Assembly: GCF_001194135.2 (NCBI RefSeq)
Contig: NC_068990.1
Span: 3,120,634 to 3,184,633 of the forward strand
Origin: Octopus bimaculoides
Taxonomy: Eukaryota
Direction of reading: 5' to 3'
DNA: 64,000 bases
A model generated the notes under the pieces. The model made no database searches, was not told the DNA's origin, and saw nothing but the letters and a program-made list of their open reading frames with translations. This document shows positions 1-11,223 of this stretch, one piece after another (position 1 is the stretch's first letter; each line of letters begins with the position of its first letter). The position numbers and the translations under genes were made by a program.

Positions 1-262
1 GTTTTGTGTCTTTGAGCAAGATATTTTATCTCATGTTACTCCAGTCCACTCAGCTGGCAAAAGTGAGTTGTACCAGTAATTAGAAAAACTGGATTTGTCA
101 CGATCTGTGTCGTGCTGAATACCACTAAGAACAACGTTAAAGGCACGCATGTTTGTGGAGTGATCAGCCACTTACACGTTAATTTCAGGAGCAGGCTGTT
201 CTGTTGATCGGCTGAACTGAAACTTTAGTTGTGGTAACTGACTGAGTTCCAGATTTTTATCT
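1..262 (+). mobile_element. SINE fragment (shares its 3' module with family B; 5' end lies outside the window)
   Basis: About 95-255 aligns with the reverse complement of 13861-14050 (e.g. GTGGAGTGATCAGCCACTTACACGTTAATTTCAGGAGCAGGCTGTTCTGTTGATCGG vs GTGGAGTGCTCAGCCACTTGCACGTTAATTTCACAAGTAGGCTGTTCCGTTGATCGG). Bases 1-70 carry a CORE-like GTGTCTTTGAGCAAG...CCAGTCCACTCAGCTG segment. Confidence 0.75.
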
Positions 263-854
263 ATCTGTCTATCTATCGATCGATCTCTCTCCCNNNNNNN
301 NNNNNNNNNNNNNNNNNNNNNNNNNNNNNNNNNNNNNNNNNNNNNNNNNNNNNNNNNNNNNNNNNNNNNNNNNNNNNNNNNNNNNNNNNNNNNNNNNNNN
401 NNNNNNNNNNNNNNNNNNNNNNNNNNNNTATATATATACACATATATATATATATATATATGCATACGCTCATACACGCACACACTGCTGTATGTTTATG
501 GAATTTCGAAGAAATATTTCATTATGCTAAACATGTATTTTGAATCTACAATGCTACACATATACATACAACTATGAGTGTACCTACTTATTTATCACTT
601 ATTATTTTTATTTTTAGATATAATTAAAAGCAGCCAAACATGATTTAGGCGTCCCTGAATATAACTGAGTGTAGCATTTTTGCCAAGACAAGTTGGAAAA
701 TGTTAGACTGTCTAAGTAAAGCAACAAATATGTAATGTTAAGATTCATTATCAACATCTTCAAGTAAAAGTTTCGACACTTTCAGATATTTCTTCAGTCT
801 AATAATCCACGGAGGGCGAATGTCTTAAAAGGAACTACATGAAAACAAATGCGG

Positions 855-1412
855 TCAGAAGGTGATGCCTCCTTACATCTTTCCACAAAACTTTAGAGTT
901 AACTCTGCCACGTACATTGAGGTTTTGGAAACAATTGTTAAGCGAAGGATAGACAGTGTATACAATAGAAGGCCATATACGTTTCAGTAAGACTCTGCAC
1001 TATCACACATGATTCTAGTAGCAGGAATGGATGGCTGAAAATATTCATGAACACATAACCCCTAACATTCGGCCTTATAATTCCCCAGATCTCAATTCAT
1101 TGGACTATTACATATGGATCGTTGTTGAGAGAGAGGTCAATGAACATGCCTAGAACACCAAATATTCTCTGAAAGCTCCCATAGCGAGAGTAATGTCCAA
1201 AATGAATCAGGACTACTTGATTCAAGCATGTACATGATATAGATCTCACATAGAGGCAGTTATTGAAGCTGAAGGTTGGTTTATTGAATAACATTATAGA
1301 AAAGTATGTTTATTTTTATCCTCAAAGCGTGTTTTGATAAATAAAGTTATTATCTGTTATTATATATCTGTTTTATATAAACATAAATCTTTCCTCAAAT
1401 ATCTTACGCACC

Positions 1413-1417
<5 letters not shown>
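855..1417 (+). mobile_element. Tc1/mariner superfamily, DD37D (maT-type) transposase 3' remnant with right TIR
   Basis: Manual translation from 862: VMPPYIFPQNFRVNSATYIEVLETIVK...FQ*DSALSHMILV/QEWMAENIHEHITPNIRPYNSPDLNSLDYYIW...EAEGWFIE* (stop at 1291). There are 37 residues between the second and third catalytic Asp after correcting one frameshift. Ends in ...ATCTTACGCACCCTG|TA running into (TA)n. Contains stops and a frameshift, so inactive. Confidence 0.85.

Positions 1418-1490
<73 letters not shown>
1416..1490. repeat. (TA)n(GA)n compound microsatellite
   Basis: Seen directly. Confidence 0.95.
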
Positions 1491-1497
<7 letters not shown>

Positions 1498-1730
1498 AAG
1501 AGAGCAAGAAAAAGAAAGAAAGAGATAAAAACAAATTAAGAAAGTTAAATTGACACTCGATACCAGATGAACCAACTTTCTACTATGAGTGTGATGTCAG
1601 ATTCCCTCGTTCTCAATATGTGAACCAGGTAAACAGATCAAAATCACATGCAAAGATGACGATATATATAATCCCAACACACAGATAAATTGAACCACAA
1701 AAGAGGACTGTGGAGAAAGAGCATAGTCAG

Positions 1731-1790
1731 GTTGGTGCTCCAGCATGACCTCAGCCGCATGGTTGAAATACATAAAAGGAATAAAAGGAT
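1731..1790 (+). mobile_element. SINE family A 3' tail fragment
   Basis: GGTGCTCCAGCATGACC...AAAAGGAATAAAAGGAT resembles the tail at 14328-14392. Confidence 0.5.
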
Positions 1791-3027
1791 TCCGTTTAAA
1801 TATGTAAGTTTGCATCTAAAGAGTATAGTAGAATACAACATGCGCGCACACACATGCACAAAGAATCACACAAATATATAGCGCGTTCGCGTGTGCGCGA
1901 AAAAGAGAAAGACGAACAGACAGATACTAGCAATATTCTATTGAATGGTTACCTGATACACATGGTAATTGGTAAATTGTGACGCTCAATATTTAGTTAT
2001 AATCATATATATATAATAATGCAAAAAAAAAAGATGTAATTACAAATATTGAAAGCTGATGTCTGAAGAGCGAACGTAACTATAAAAGAATAAATAAATA
2101 ATATTTAAATTTATATAAACTATCAACGTGAAGAACTTCCGAAAGCTAAAATATATATAATTTCAAAGAAACGAAGCAAATTTAAGTGGTTAGCTTAAGT
2201 GTATTACATCCAAATACACAAACCGTATCAATGTTGAATTATTTTCTTTTCAGAAAGATATCAAAATTCTACATAATTGATTTTATGTATAAATATTGTT
2301 GCAAACTATTGCTGAGCTATTCAAATTTGCTAACATATTTTCTTAAGCTTAAGTCTTGTAGGTAATAATTTTTATTATACACACAAACAAATCAATCCTA
2401 AAAATAAAGCTAACTTTGCGTTCGAGCTTTTGTCTTTATAGGAAATGGGTCTGCTTTATTGATTTGATAAAAGTACATTCGTATTTCATACTTAATCTAT
2501 CAATTACAATGAGTAGTTAACGTTGAGAATGCCTCGATTACAAAAATTAATTTAAGTAGTGTTTTCTGACTTTCTATAGTTTCAATAACCGCTGTACCCT
2601 CTTTAATGTGTCCAATTAGGTAATCCTAATATTCTTACAATATTTAAATATACTTTAGAACTACAGCTGGAAATATTTTCCGTTCCTCCATTCATCCCTA
2701 GTTATGTGTTCTTATTGAAGCCAATACTGATGTGATAATAACAGAAAATAAAATCTATGATATAGATACTAAGGATCTTTACCCTTTGAACGGCAGATCG
2801 AGAAATTATTTTTTGTAACTAAACACTTTCAAACTTCGGACACTGGTAGAATGTGTCATAAAAAACATATTTTACTCTTAGTGTTGTTGAGAAAAGTTTC
2901 TATTTTCAAAGTTATTTCCCGTTAAAGTTGTATTTCGGTAATTTCAGTCAATCAATGACGTGTATTCAGCTGAATAAAATTACTGCTGTTGTTTGTCAAC
3001 AACTTCTGGTGGTGTATATTTCGTATA

Positions 3028-4376
3028 CTAGGTCCAGTCTGTTATGCTCCAGAACCTGATCTGTTTGGATTGGGTAACCCCAGAGGATTATGCTAGTCTC
3101 CCAGTCTGTCACTTTCTGCGCTTTGTGTTCATAACACGTCTTGCCTCTCTCCAGCCGCAACTTTTCTCACAACTTCCAATGTAGTACTTTCGCTATCTGG
3201 GAAAGTCTAGGGCATTCGTTCTTGATATGGGCAATAGTTTCATCCACTGTATTGCAGGGGTGACACTTCCTCATTCCTAAGTTGACCCTCCAGTTCGTGA
3301 CCAGGGCTTGGCCCTGCGCTGTCAGTACAATGTTTTTGGTCTCTCTTTTTAGAATTCCTTTCATCAGCCAATCCCACCTATTTTTTCCAGTATATTCTGT
3401 TGTGGCTCCATGAATTGATTGTGTAGTCCCGTCTTGCGTAATTCTTCTTCGTGTCTTTTTTGCACTTCCTTCCTTTTCCCTTTTTTTCCTCTGCTCTCAA
3501 TAGTCCCTCATTCCTAAATGTCACTAGCAAGGTTTTCTTACTTTGGGCTAGGTATCTCATTAAGTTGTCAAGTTCGATACGCACGCAGTCTTCCACACTT
3601 ATCAGTCCATTTCCACCATTTGATCTTTTCATGTATAGGCGATCAGTTTCCGCACGTGGATGCTGGGTTGCATGCACCGTTAGTAGCTTTCTTGATTTCT
3701 TGTCCACCACCTTTAGCTCCGCTTCTGTCCACTTCAGAATTCCAGTACCATACCGAACTACTGCGCCTGCGTGCGAGTCTATTGCCGAAATTATGTTTCT
3801 GGCATTCAGCTTTGAAGCCAATATTTCCCTCACTTGCCGCAGGTACTTTCTGTTTGTCTCTTCCATCATGTCCCGGCGTTTGATTCCATCTGCTTCAAGC
3901 ATTCCCAGTATTTATATAGGGATTGAAGTTGAAGTACATTCATCATTTCACCCCTTGGCAACCATAGGCCTTTTGTCCTGGCAAGCTTTCCTCATCTCAT
4001 CACCATCGTAGCACATTTTGAGAGCCCGAACTCCGTCTTAATATCATTCGAGAAAATCCGCACAGACTGGACTCGGCGGTCCAGTTCAGCCTCAGTTTAT
4101 GTGAATAACTTCATGTCATCCATGAACAGCAAGTGGTTTAGTTCTCCCTTACCTCTTCCCAGAGCATACTCCAACTTTTTGTTTTCTGTTATATTTCAGT
4201 CAAGGGGATCGTTCCCAGCACGAATATCAGTCGGCACACACTGTACTTCTAGAAGATTCTCCTCTTGATTTTCGCCTCTCCAGGTACTTGCTTCCTGCTA
4301 TCAATTCTGTTGTGCAGTATTTCCTACTACTTCCATATAAGGGTTCTCATACTCTCTGCCACTCCAAACATTTCCA

Positions 4377-4378
<2 letters not shown>
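3028..4378 (-). mobile_element. R4/Dong-type (RLE) non-LTR retrotransposon remnant: RT C-terminal half, CCHC knuckle and start of RLE
   Basis: Minus-strand translation gives NHLLFMDDMKLF (RT catalytic motif), YLG-like MLEADGIK...KLNARNIISAI...HPRAETDRLYMKRSNGGNGLISVEDC, then LKRETKNIVLTAQGQAL...CHPCNTVDETIAHIKNEC (C-X2-C-X8-H-X4-C) and ILWGYPIQTDQVLEHNRLD. The 5' truncation point abuts (TAA)n. Confidence 0.9.
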
Positions 4379-4412
<34 letters not shown>

Positions 4413-4424
4413 GTTATTATTATT
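4378..4424. repeat. (TTA)n microsatellite flanking the Dong-like element
   Basis: Seen directly. Confidence 0.95.
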
Positions 4425-4627
4425 CATTTCAGGTTACAGTATGTTAATTATTCACAGTAATTAGTCATGATGCAATCACCAGATGCGAAAGAGATGTCTG
4501 ATTTTCAAAGAGGCTGTACTCTTGATCNNNNNNNNNNNNNNNNNNNNNNNNNNNNNNNNNNNNNNNNNNNNNNNNNNNNNNNNNNNNNNNNNNNNNNNNN
4601 NNNNNNNNNNNNNNNNNNNNNNNNNNN

Positions 4628-4628
4628 T

Positions 4629-4661
<33 letters not shown>

Positions 4662-5195
4662 TTCATCACCATCATCATCACCATCAGCATCATCAACAAC
4701 ATCACAATGCCCATCATCCTTATCATCGTGGTCATCATGACCTTCATGCTGTTGGTGCTGCATTGATCTCTATTTTAATTCTACCATGTTCTTAGAAGAA
4801 TCTTGTCGGGTTGGAGTTGAACTGTTTGTTTTGTAGTTGTTGTTGTTGTTGTTCTTTCCTTCTTCTCATTATTATCATTATTATCATCATTATTATTATT
4901 ATTATTATCATTATTAATTTCATCATCCTCTTCGTCATCAACATCACCATAATCATCATCATTATCATCATCACTCTTTTCACCATTATGATTGTCATCA
5001 TTATTATTATGTAATGATGTTAGCGACGATCCCGTCCTCCACGAAAACATCGACGACGGAAGCGGCTACGACAACGATGAAGATTACAAGAACTATGGCG
5101 ACTCACATTGATTATGAGTTTCAAGATGATGATGATGATGATGACGACGACGTCGAGGACGGCGACAACGACGATGTTGATGATGGTGATGATTA
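4628..5195. repeat. Compound degenerate trinucleotide tract (TAT/CAT/GTT switching to GAT/GAC)
   Basis: Seen directly. It explains the overlapping low-complexity ORFs at 4467-5301. Confidence 0.85.
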
Positions 5196-8100
5196 AAATA
5201 TTGATAAAGTAAATCATAACGACTGTAATTTCACAAATATTGCATATTTCAACAGAAATAAAAAACATAACATCTACGATGAAAGGACTGCGAGAGAGCA
5301 AAAACGAAGAATATGTATAACAAAGGCGGGGAAACCAGAAAGAATATGTTATGAGAACAGCATTACTCTTTGATTAATTTAAAGGAAAATTAGAATCAAA
5401 TCATCAATAATACTGATTGAAATATTTCATATATATATATATATAACCACACAGTATAAAGCACACACACAGAGATATATATTTATATTTATATTAAAGC
5501 AGAAAGTTTTTTTTTTAATATGTAATTACCCTGCAAGATCTATTTTCAACTACTTAAAGGTATTCTCCAAAATTTTCAATTCTCATATAAATCATAACAT
5601 CTACAATTATACTGGGGAGAATCAGAATATGCACACGTGCTTGATGAGGACAGAGTGTGAATTATAACCTTATCTACTTACTATATGTGTATCTAATATG
5701 TGTGTGTGTATGTTTCTGTGTGTGCATACGCGCGTGTATGTGTTGGTTGACGCTTCTTGATAGAAATTACCTATCCTCTTTTGAATATTAATACTTCTGT
5801 CCAGTGCACAAACAGGATTGTGCAAATTGCTTATAATTCTTGCGTACATTTTCTCCAGAAAAACGTGTACATGTTAATATGTACACTTATAAATACAGGA
5901 ATGTGCATACTCACGCTTACCTGTTATCTATACTCACAAAAACCCGTACATGCATTCTAAACATGTACGCACACACACGCGGGTACAACTGGTGCTAACG
6001 CACACGTTTTCGCGCGCACAAACACGGACATACAACTGATACACACGCAGCTGGTATACGTAGCTGACACCTTCACCCACATATTCGTACACTAAGTACA
6101 CACACATGACTGATATGCTGCTGCAACCATATATACATACATACATACATACAAACAAACACGCACATACGACCCAACGAGGTAAAGCTTTCAGCTCTCA
6201 CCAACACGTCAGCTTACACACTCGCGCACCTCGCCAACAATCACACGTATAACAGATATAAACGCATAAGCATAGACATCTACATATACGCAATCATACA
6301 CACACATACAGCCTCACAGGTCATGTATCAGGTATCCCCTAAGTGTCTTTTAAAACCAGCCAAACAGGAAAACGTATCAACTTCATATACAGCGACACGA
6401 TCTGAGAAATTGCCAATTTTATGGCATTCAGGGTCGCTGGACTATTGATCTTACTTCTGATTGCACCTTTAATAAATTAATCCGTTGAGTTTTGGTTGGT
6501 TAACTAAATATTTCAGTATATGTTATCTTCATCAGTGCGATACAAGTTTCGTAACAAAAGGTGTTAATTATCAATGCAAGTGGAAGAAAAATAATCAACT
6601 ACAGAAATTTAAAGTATCCCGTGGGTATTACTGATGAGCACAATTAATCTTGCAATTGATGTTTTTTCCTGACAAAATTTCGCAAAAATAAATATCAACA
6701 CATTAAAGCATGTTTTAGGCAAAACTTTACATTTAATTGAATGAGCGCTAGATGAGTGTTGCGCATGTTTACATCTACTAAAGTCTAATTCCAGCGAAAC
6801 TATGATCAAAAGAACTTCAACCGTGAGTATCTCATATTTGTTATAAGTATTGTGTATTTGGAATGATACGATATATGTTACCATATATATCGTGTATATG
6901 ATAACATATATGTGGAGAGTGAAATAATACCAGTTGTTGTTGTTATTTCTAACTCGTCTATGAAACACGAAAGTGCAGCCACGTTGGCTTGGTTTACACT
7001 GCAGTATTTCGTTCCACTGTATTAGGAAAAATATTTATGATCTTCCAGAAATCTCAATGAAATGTTAAAAAATTATAAGAGTGCTCTTCCTTGGACTTAT
7101 CACTCACCTCCAATAAAAGAAAAGAAAACATGAAAACGTTAAACTCAAACAAAATAAAAATCTCAAAGTAAATGAATGTCATACTTCACATTTCTATGCA
7201 TTCCTGGGAAAAAAGGCAGATAGGATTTCTGGACACTTAAACATTTGTTCGAGCGTCAAAGTATTCAAATTCAGGCGTCAAATGTATTCAAATTCCTATG
7301 ATTCGAAATATATATGTATATATATATTGTCCAATAGGAAAATAATTGAAATGCAGAATACCTCATTCACTGCACCAAATTAACGATGCGAATCTTCTTT
7401 GTTTACTTTAAGCGAAAAACGTCCAGAAAATACGATAAATTGATATTAGTGCGTATATCGTTGTACGTTTTGTTCTTATTTTCCACCTTTGTTTGTTTTC
7501 AAATTGTTACTGTGATATTGTTTTAGGTTTATAGTTTTAGATATCGTTTCTTATTGATTTTGGACATATTGTTATGCGTCATTTTTTGTTTATTTTTTAT
7601 TCTGTCTAAATGGGCTTCGTCTTTTTGTGTTTAGTTTAAATTTTTGTGTACTTTATTGGTGTTGATTTTTTGTTCTCTATTGATGTCGCCAATTCGCAAG
7701 TTTTAGTATCAGTGGTAATCGTACTAATTGCAATATTAGTAGTGATAATTTTCGGTGATTTGGTATAAATATCGTTCTTGACGTTGTTGTTTAGCCTTAG
7801 GTGCTGTCTAAACAAGCAGATCTCTGATCAAACGCAGAAATTACTCTGATCATAGCTCTGCTATTTCGAAACCTGTGATTTTTCACCGGACCACGCTGAG
7901 TAGCTTCTGAATTTGAAGAATTTTCTGTAAGATTTTTACAGACTTGGCTGTTATTTTAGGAGATAGAATGACAGATGATAATTTCTTTGATACCGGTATT
8001 GATTGTGTTAGCATAATAATGATGGACATGAATATGAGAAGGAGGAGAAGTAGCAGGATGATGAAGACGGCGAGGACAGTGATATTTCCAACGATAATTG

Positions 8101-10271
8101 TCGAGGGAGTGATACGGGTCATGATTTTGTTTTGAGTAGTGTAGTGGTATTCTCTATTATTGGTAATGAGTTTTGGCTGTGTTAATAGTAATTAAGAGCA
8201 ATACTATCGAGATATTCTGATAGATGAATAATTTTTATTTAATATTGGAACAATAAATCTTATCAAAGAAAGTGTTTCAATAATTATTTTAGGAGGAATC
8301 ATATTACTTAAATGGTATAGTCACTTGTCAGTACAGTGGGTTTTGTTTATTTTTTTTTTTTCTATTGACTTCTATTTTGTAACGAAAATCAAAATTTTGT
8401 TGTTGAAATTGGTAGCGATTTTTTGTTCGAGAGGTTACGAAAATGTGTCGATTCTGTAGGAATTATATTGATGATTTCATATTTCATCTATTGCTTATTG
8501 ATTTCCTACAATAAACATTATTTGGTTGAAAATCTATACATTGAATAAATACTGATGGCATCGTAGAAGCATAGAAGGAAAATTTATTTTCTATATTATT
8601 GTTATGTTTATTTTACTTTCCCCGTCATAAAATGAAACAGCAATAATTTGTCCATAACTTTGAAATATCTCGCAATACGATTAAAAACTACAATGTTGCA
8701 AGATATATCACGGAATACCAGTAGAGTGATATTCCACCTTTACTACATAAAAATACATGCATTATGCTTAAAGTCTACTAAAACATACAATATTGATGTA
8801 TTGATAGGGCAACTGGAAAATTCTTTTCCATAGATATATTACATTTTTCTGCCTATAAATTCGGTCGTGGTTAGCATTTCTAGAATCGATTAAATAAGTA
8901 GTAACCATGTACATGCCTATAACTTCCTGTGAAGATCATAATATTATTCCGGGTTCTGTTAGAAATCATTGTAGTTAATAGCTATTGCTAGTCCTTCGGT
9001 TTCTTATATTTTATATAGCACATTATTTGTGCAGTAGCAGCTACATATAGCATTATATAATACACGCAAATGCACACTCACATACACACACGAGCGCGCG
9101 CACACACACACATATACATATATATCAATACGATCCGGGGATCCAAGTGTAGGACGTTGGTTAACTTCAGTCCGTGTGTGGCAAGTATACAGAAGAAAAT
9201 AGATCAGTATACGTTGAGAAAAACAATTTGTTAGCATCGGGTGTTACACACCTTTTCCCATATCCAAGATGTGAAGAAATTCGATAGAGCTCACATTTAA
9301 TAAACAGAACTGTTACTAATGCGGATAAATATCCAAATTGAGACTACGTATGTTTCTTAGCTAACCGAAGCTCGTTATTTAATTGTTATGCAATGAACTA
9401 TGCTCCACGTTATTAATCATCAGACTAATATTACCTTAATGAATGAAGTTTACCTAGTCACATTGGTGAGTTTAACTGAATTACGAAGTCAGTAATATGA
9501 TGTAAAAAAACAATCAAAATTTATAAAAACAACTAAGTGAAGAAGCATGTCAAGAGAACCAATGATGCAAGAGCAGGTGTGGTTTACAGGTGAGGAGACG
9601 AAGAAAGCAGAAACAGAAGGGAAAAATGAAGAATGAAATAAGAGAAAATAATTTTTAGCGTTGAAGGCAAACTGTTGCATTCATAATTTTCCATCAAAGA
9701 GCTACGACGAGAATTTGTGCCAACTGCCAGAATCCTGTCGTCCAATTCAATAAGTTTCGTCCATTATGTAGGTTGATAGGGCAAAATTCCAGCCATTTCA
9801 TCTGGAAGCACATCTGCACCTTATATTATTACAAGCCGATAGTTAGTTAATATTGTTTTAGTATATATGCAAAAGACATGTTGAAGCTGAACATTCTGGA
9901 AATTCTATTTGCAGAGTTATTACATAACAAAACAAGAAGTTACGAAAATATTGGTATCAATTATTCACCATGACACAAGTTTCCCTTGCAAATAGGAATT
10001 ACAAACTTTTACATGTTAGGCATGCAGGGAATTACCTATTAGGAAATTTTCAGCCAGAGGATTTAAATGATACAAATTTTACATTTGGATGAAGCGTTTG
10101 TATTTAGCTAGTAATCAGAATCAGTATAGATAGCTGGGATGAAGGAAGGGAGTAAAATTCGATATTAGAGAAGAGAAAAGGGAGAGCGTTATACACGCAC
10201 ACATCCTCACACACACATATATGCACACACACATATTCACAGTCACACACACACACACACGTATATATACA

Positions 10272-10675
10272 TAACTATTAATATCCAGTACCACTGCCGT
10301 AGTCTCCTTTAGAGAGACTTAAAAATATTGATATTTCTATTTTTGAAAACCAGTGGATGTATTCCACTGAATTTAGGTAAAAAATTCTTCCAATAGACGG
10401 TCAGTAGCGACGCCTGCTGGGTTCGGTTGCTCTACATTCATAAGGAGCAAATACTCCGAAACAAGGTTGTAGATGCCTGAACAGCAAGGGAAAGCGGCTG
10501 ACCTCCCCCTGTTCGAAGGTTATAATGGACACAGGTTCTTGTGTCACATAGCTAGCTAGAGGCGATGGCCTCTTGGAGCTAATCAACGGCAGCATTCGAC
10601 CTATTTTCCTGGACTTCCACGTAAGCTTGGCGGTAACTATTAATATCCAGTACCGCTGCCGTACTCTCCTTTAGA
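10272..10675 (+). mobile_element. Terminally redundant 362-bp unit, Penelope pseudo-LTR or retrozyme-like
   Basis: 42-bp direct repeats at 10272-10313 and 10634-10675 (2 mismatches) flank a GC-richer non-coding interior containing a hammerhead-like fold. Confidence 0.55.
10431..10473 (+). ncRNA. Degenerate type I hammerhead-ribozyme-like motif (probably inactive)
   Basis: Stem I TCTACA/TGTAGA (6 bp); core TTCATAA (canonical CTGANGA, 3 changes); stem II GGAG-CAAATA-CTCC; GAAA; minimal stem III AC-AAG-GT; the cleavage nucleotide appears deleted. Confidence 0.45.
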
Positions 10676-10723
10676 CGCGCGCACGTGCACACACACACAC
10701 ACATACACACATATCCCTATCCG

Positions 10724-10958
10724 AAGGCGGTGAGCTGGCAGAACCGTTAGCACGCCGGGCGAAATGCTAAGCGGTATTTCGTCTGCCGTTACGTTCTGAG
10801 TTCAAATACCGCCGAGGTCGACTTTGCCTTTTTATCCTTTCGGGGGTCGATAAATTAAGTACCAGTTACGCACTGGGGTTGATGTAATCGACTTAATCTC
10901 TTTGTCTGTCCTTGTTTGTCCCCTCTATGTTTAGCCCCTTGTGGGTAATAAAGAAATA
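10724..10958 (+). mobile_element. SINE family C, near full length (tRNA-like head, Nin/Deu-like body, tail type 1)
   Basis: Head AAGGCGGTGAGCTGGCAGAA...TGAGTTCAAATACC; body GAGGTCGACTTTGCCTTT..ATCCTTTCGGGGGTCGATAAATTAAGTACC resembling the Nin/Deu SINE domain; homologous inverted copies at 41101-41314 and 44441-45793. Confidence 0.85.
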
Positions 10959-10999
10959 TATATGTATCCATATATATTTTATATGTGTGTGTGAGTGTA

Positions 11000-11223
11000 T
11001 GTGCAGGTGTGTTTTTTTGGGGCTTGTGTGTATCCCATCTCCACTTGACAATTGATGTTGGGTTGTTTAGTTCCTAATTTACTAGTGTAGCAAAAGTGAA
11101 GTATAGAATAAGAAACAAAATTATAAATTAGTACTGGGGTCGATTTGTTAGACGAAACCTCTGCAGCATGGTGACCTAATATGGCCGCATTACTAACTGA
11201 AACAAGTAAAATATCAAAAGAAT
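11000..11223 (+). mobile_element. SINE family A, degraded 3' half
   Basis: TAGCAAAAG...ATAGAATAAG...GGGGTCGATTTG...CAGCATGG...ACTGAAACAAGTAAAA parallels 14254-14392. Confidence 0.6.

Noticed and set aside
4467-4527. KEMSDFQRGC resembling a Tc1 N-terminus
   Set aside because: Only about 10 residues before a gap; too short to call.
6490-6640. Two CTGATGA motifs (minus strand near 6530, plus strand near 6631)
   Set aside because: No complete set of stems I, II and III can be formed.
7253-7295. Tandem 20-21 bp duplication GCGTCAAA(T)GTATTCAAATTC
   Set aside because: Only two units with a 2-nt gap; ordinary slippage, not CRISPR-like.
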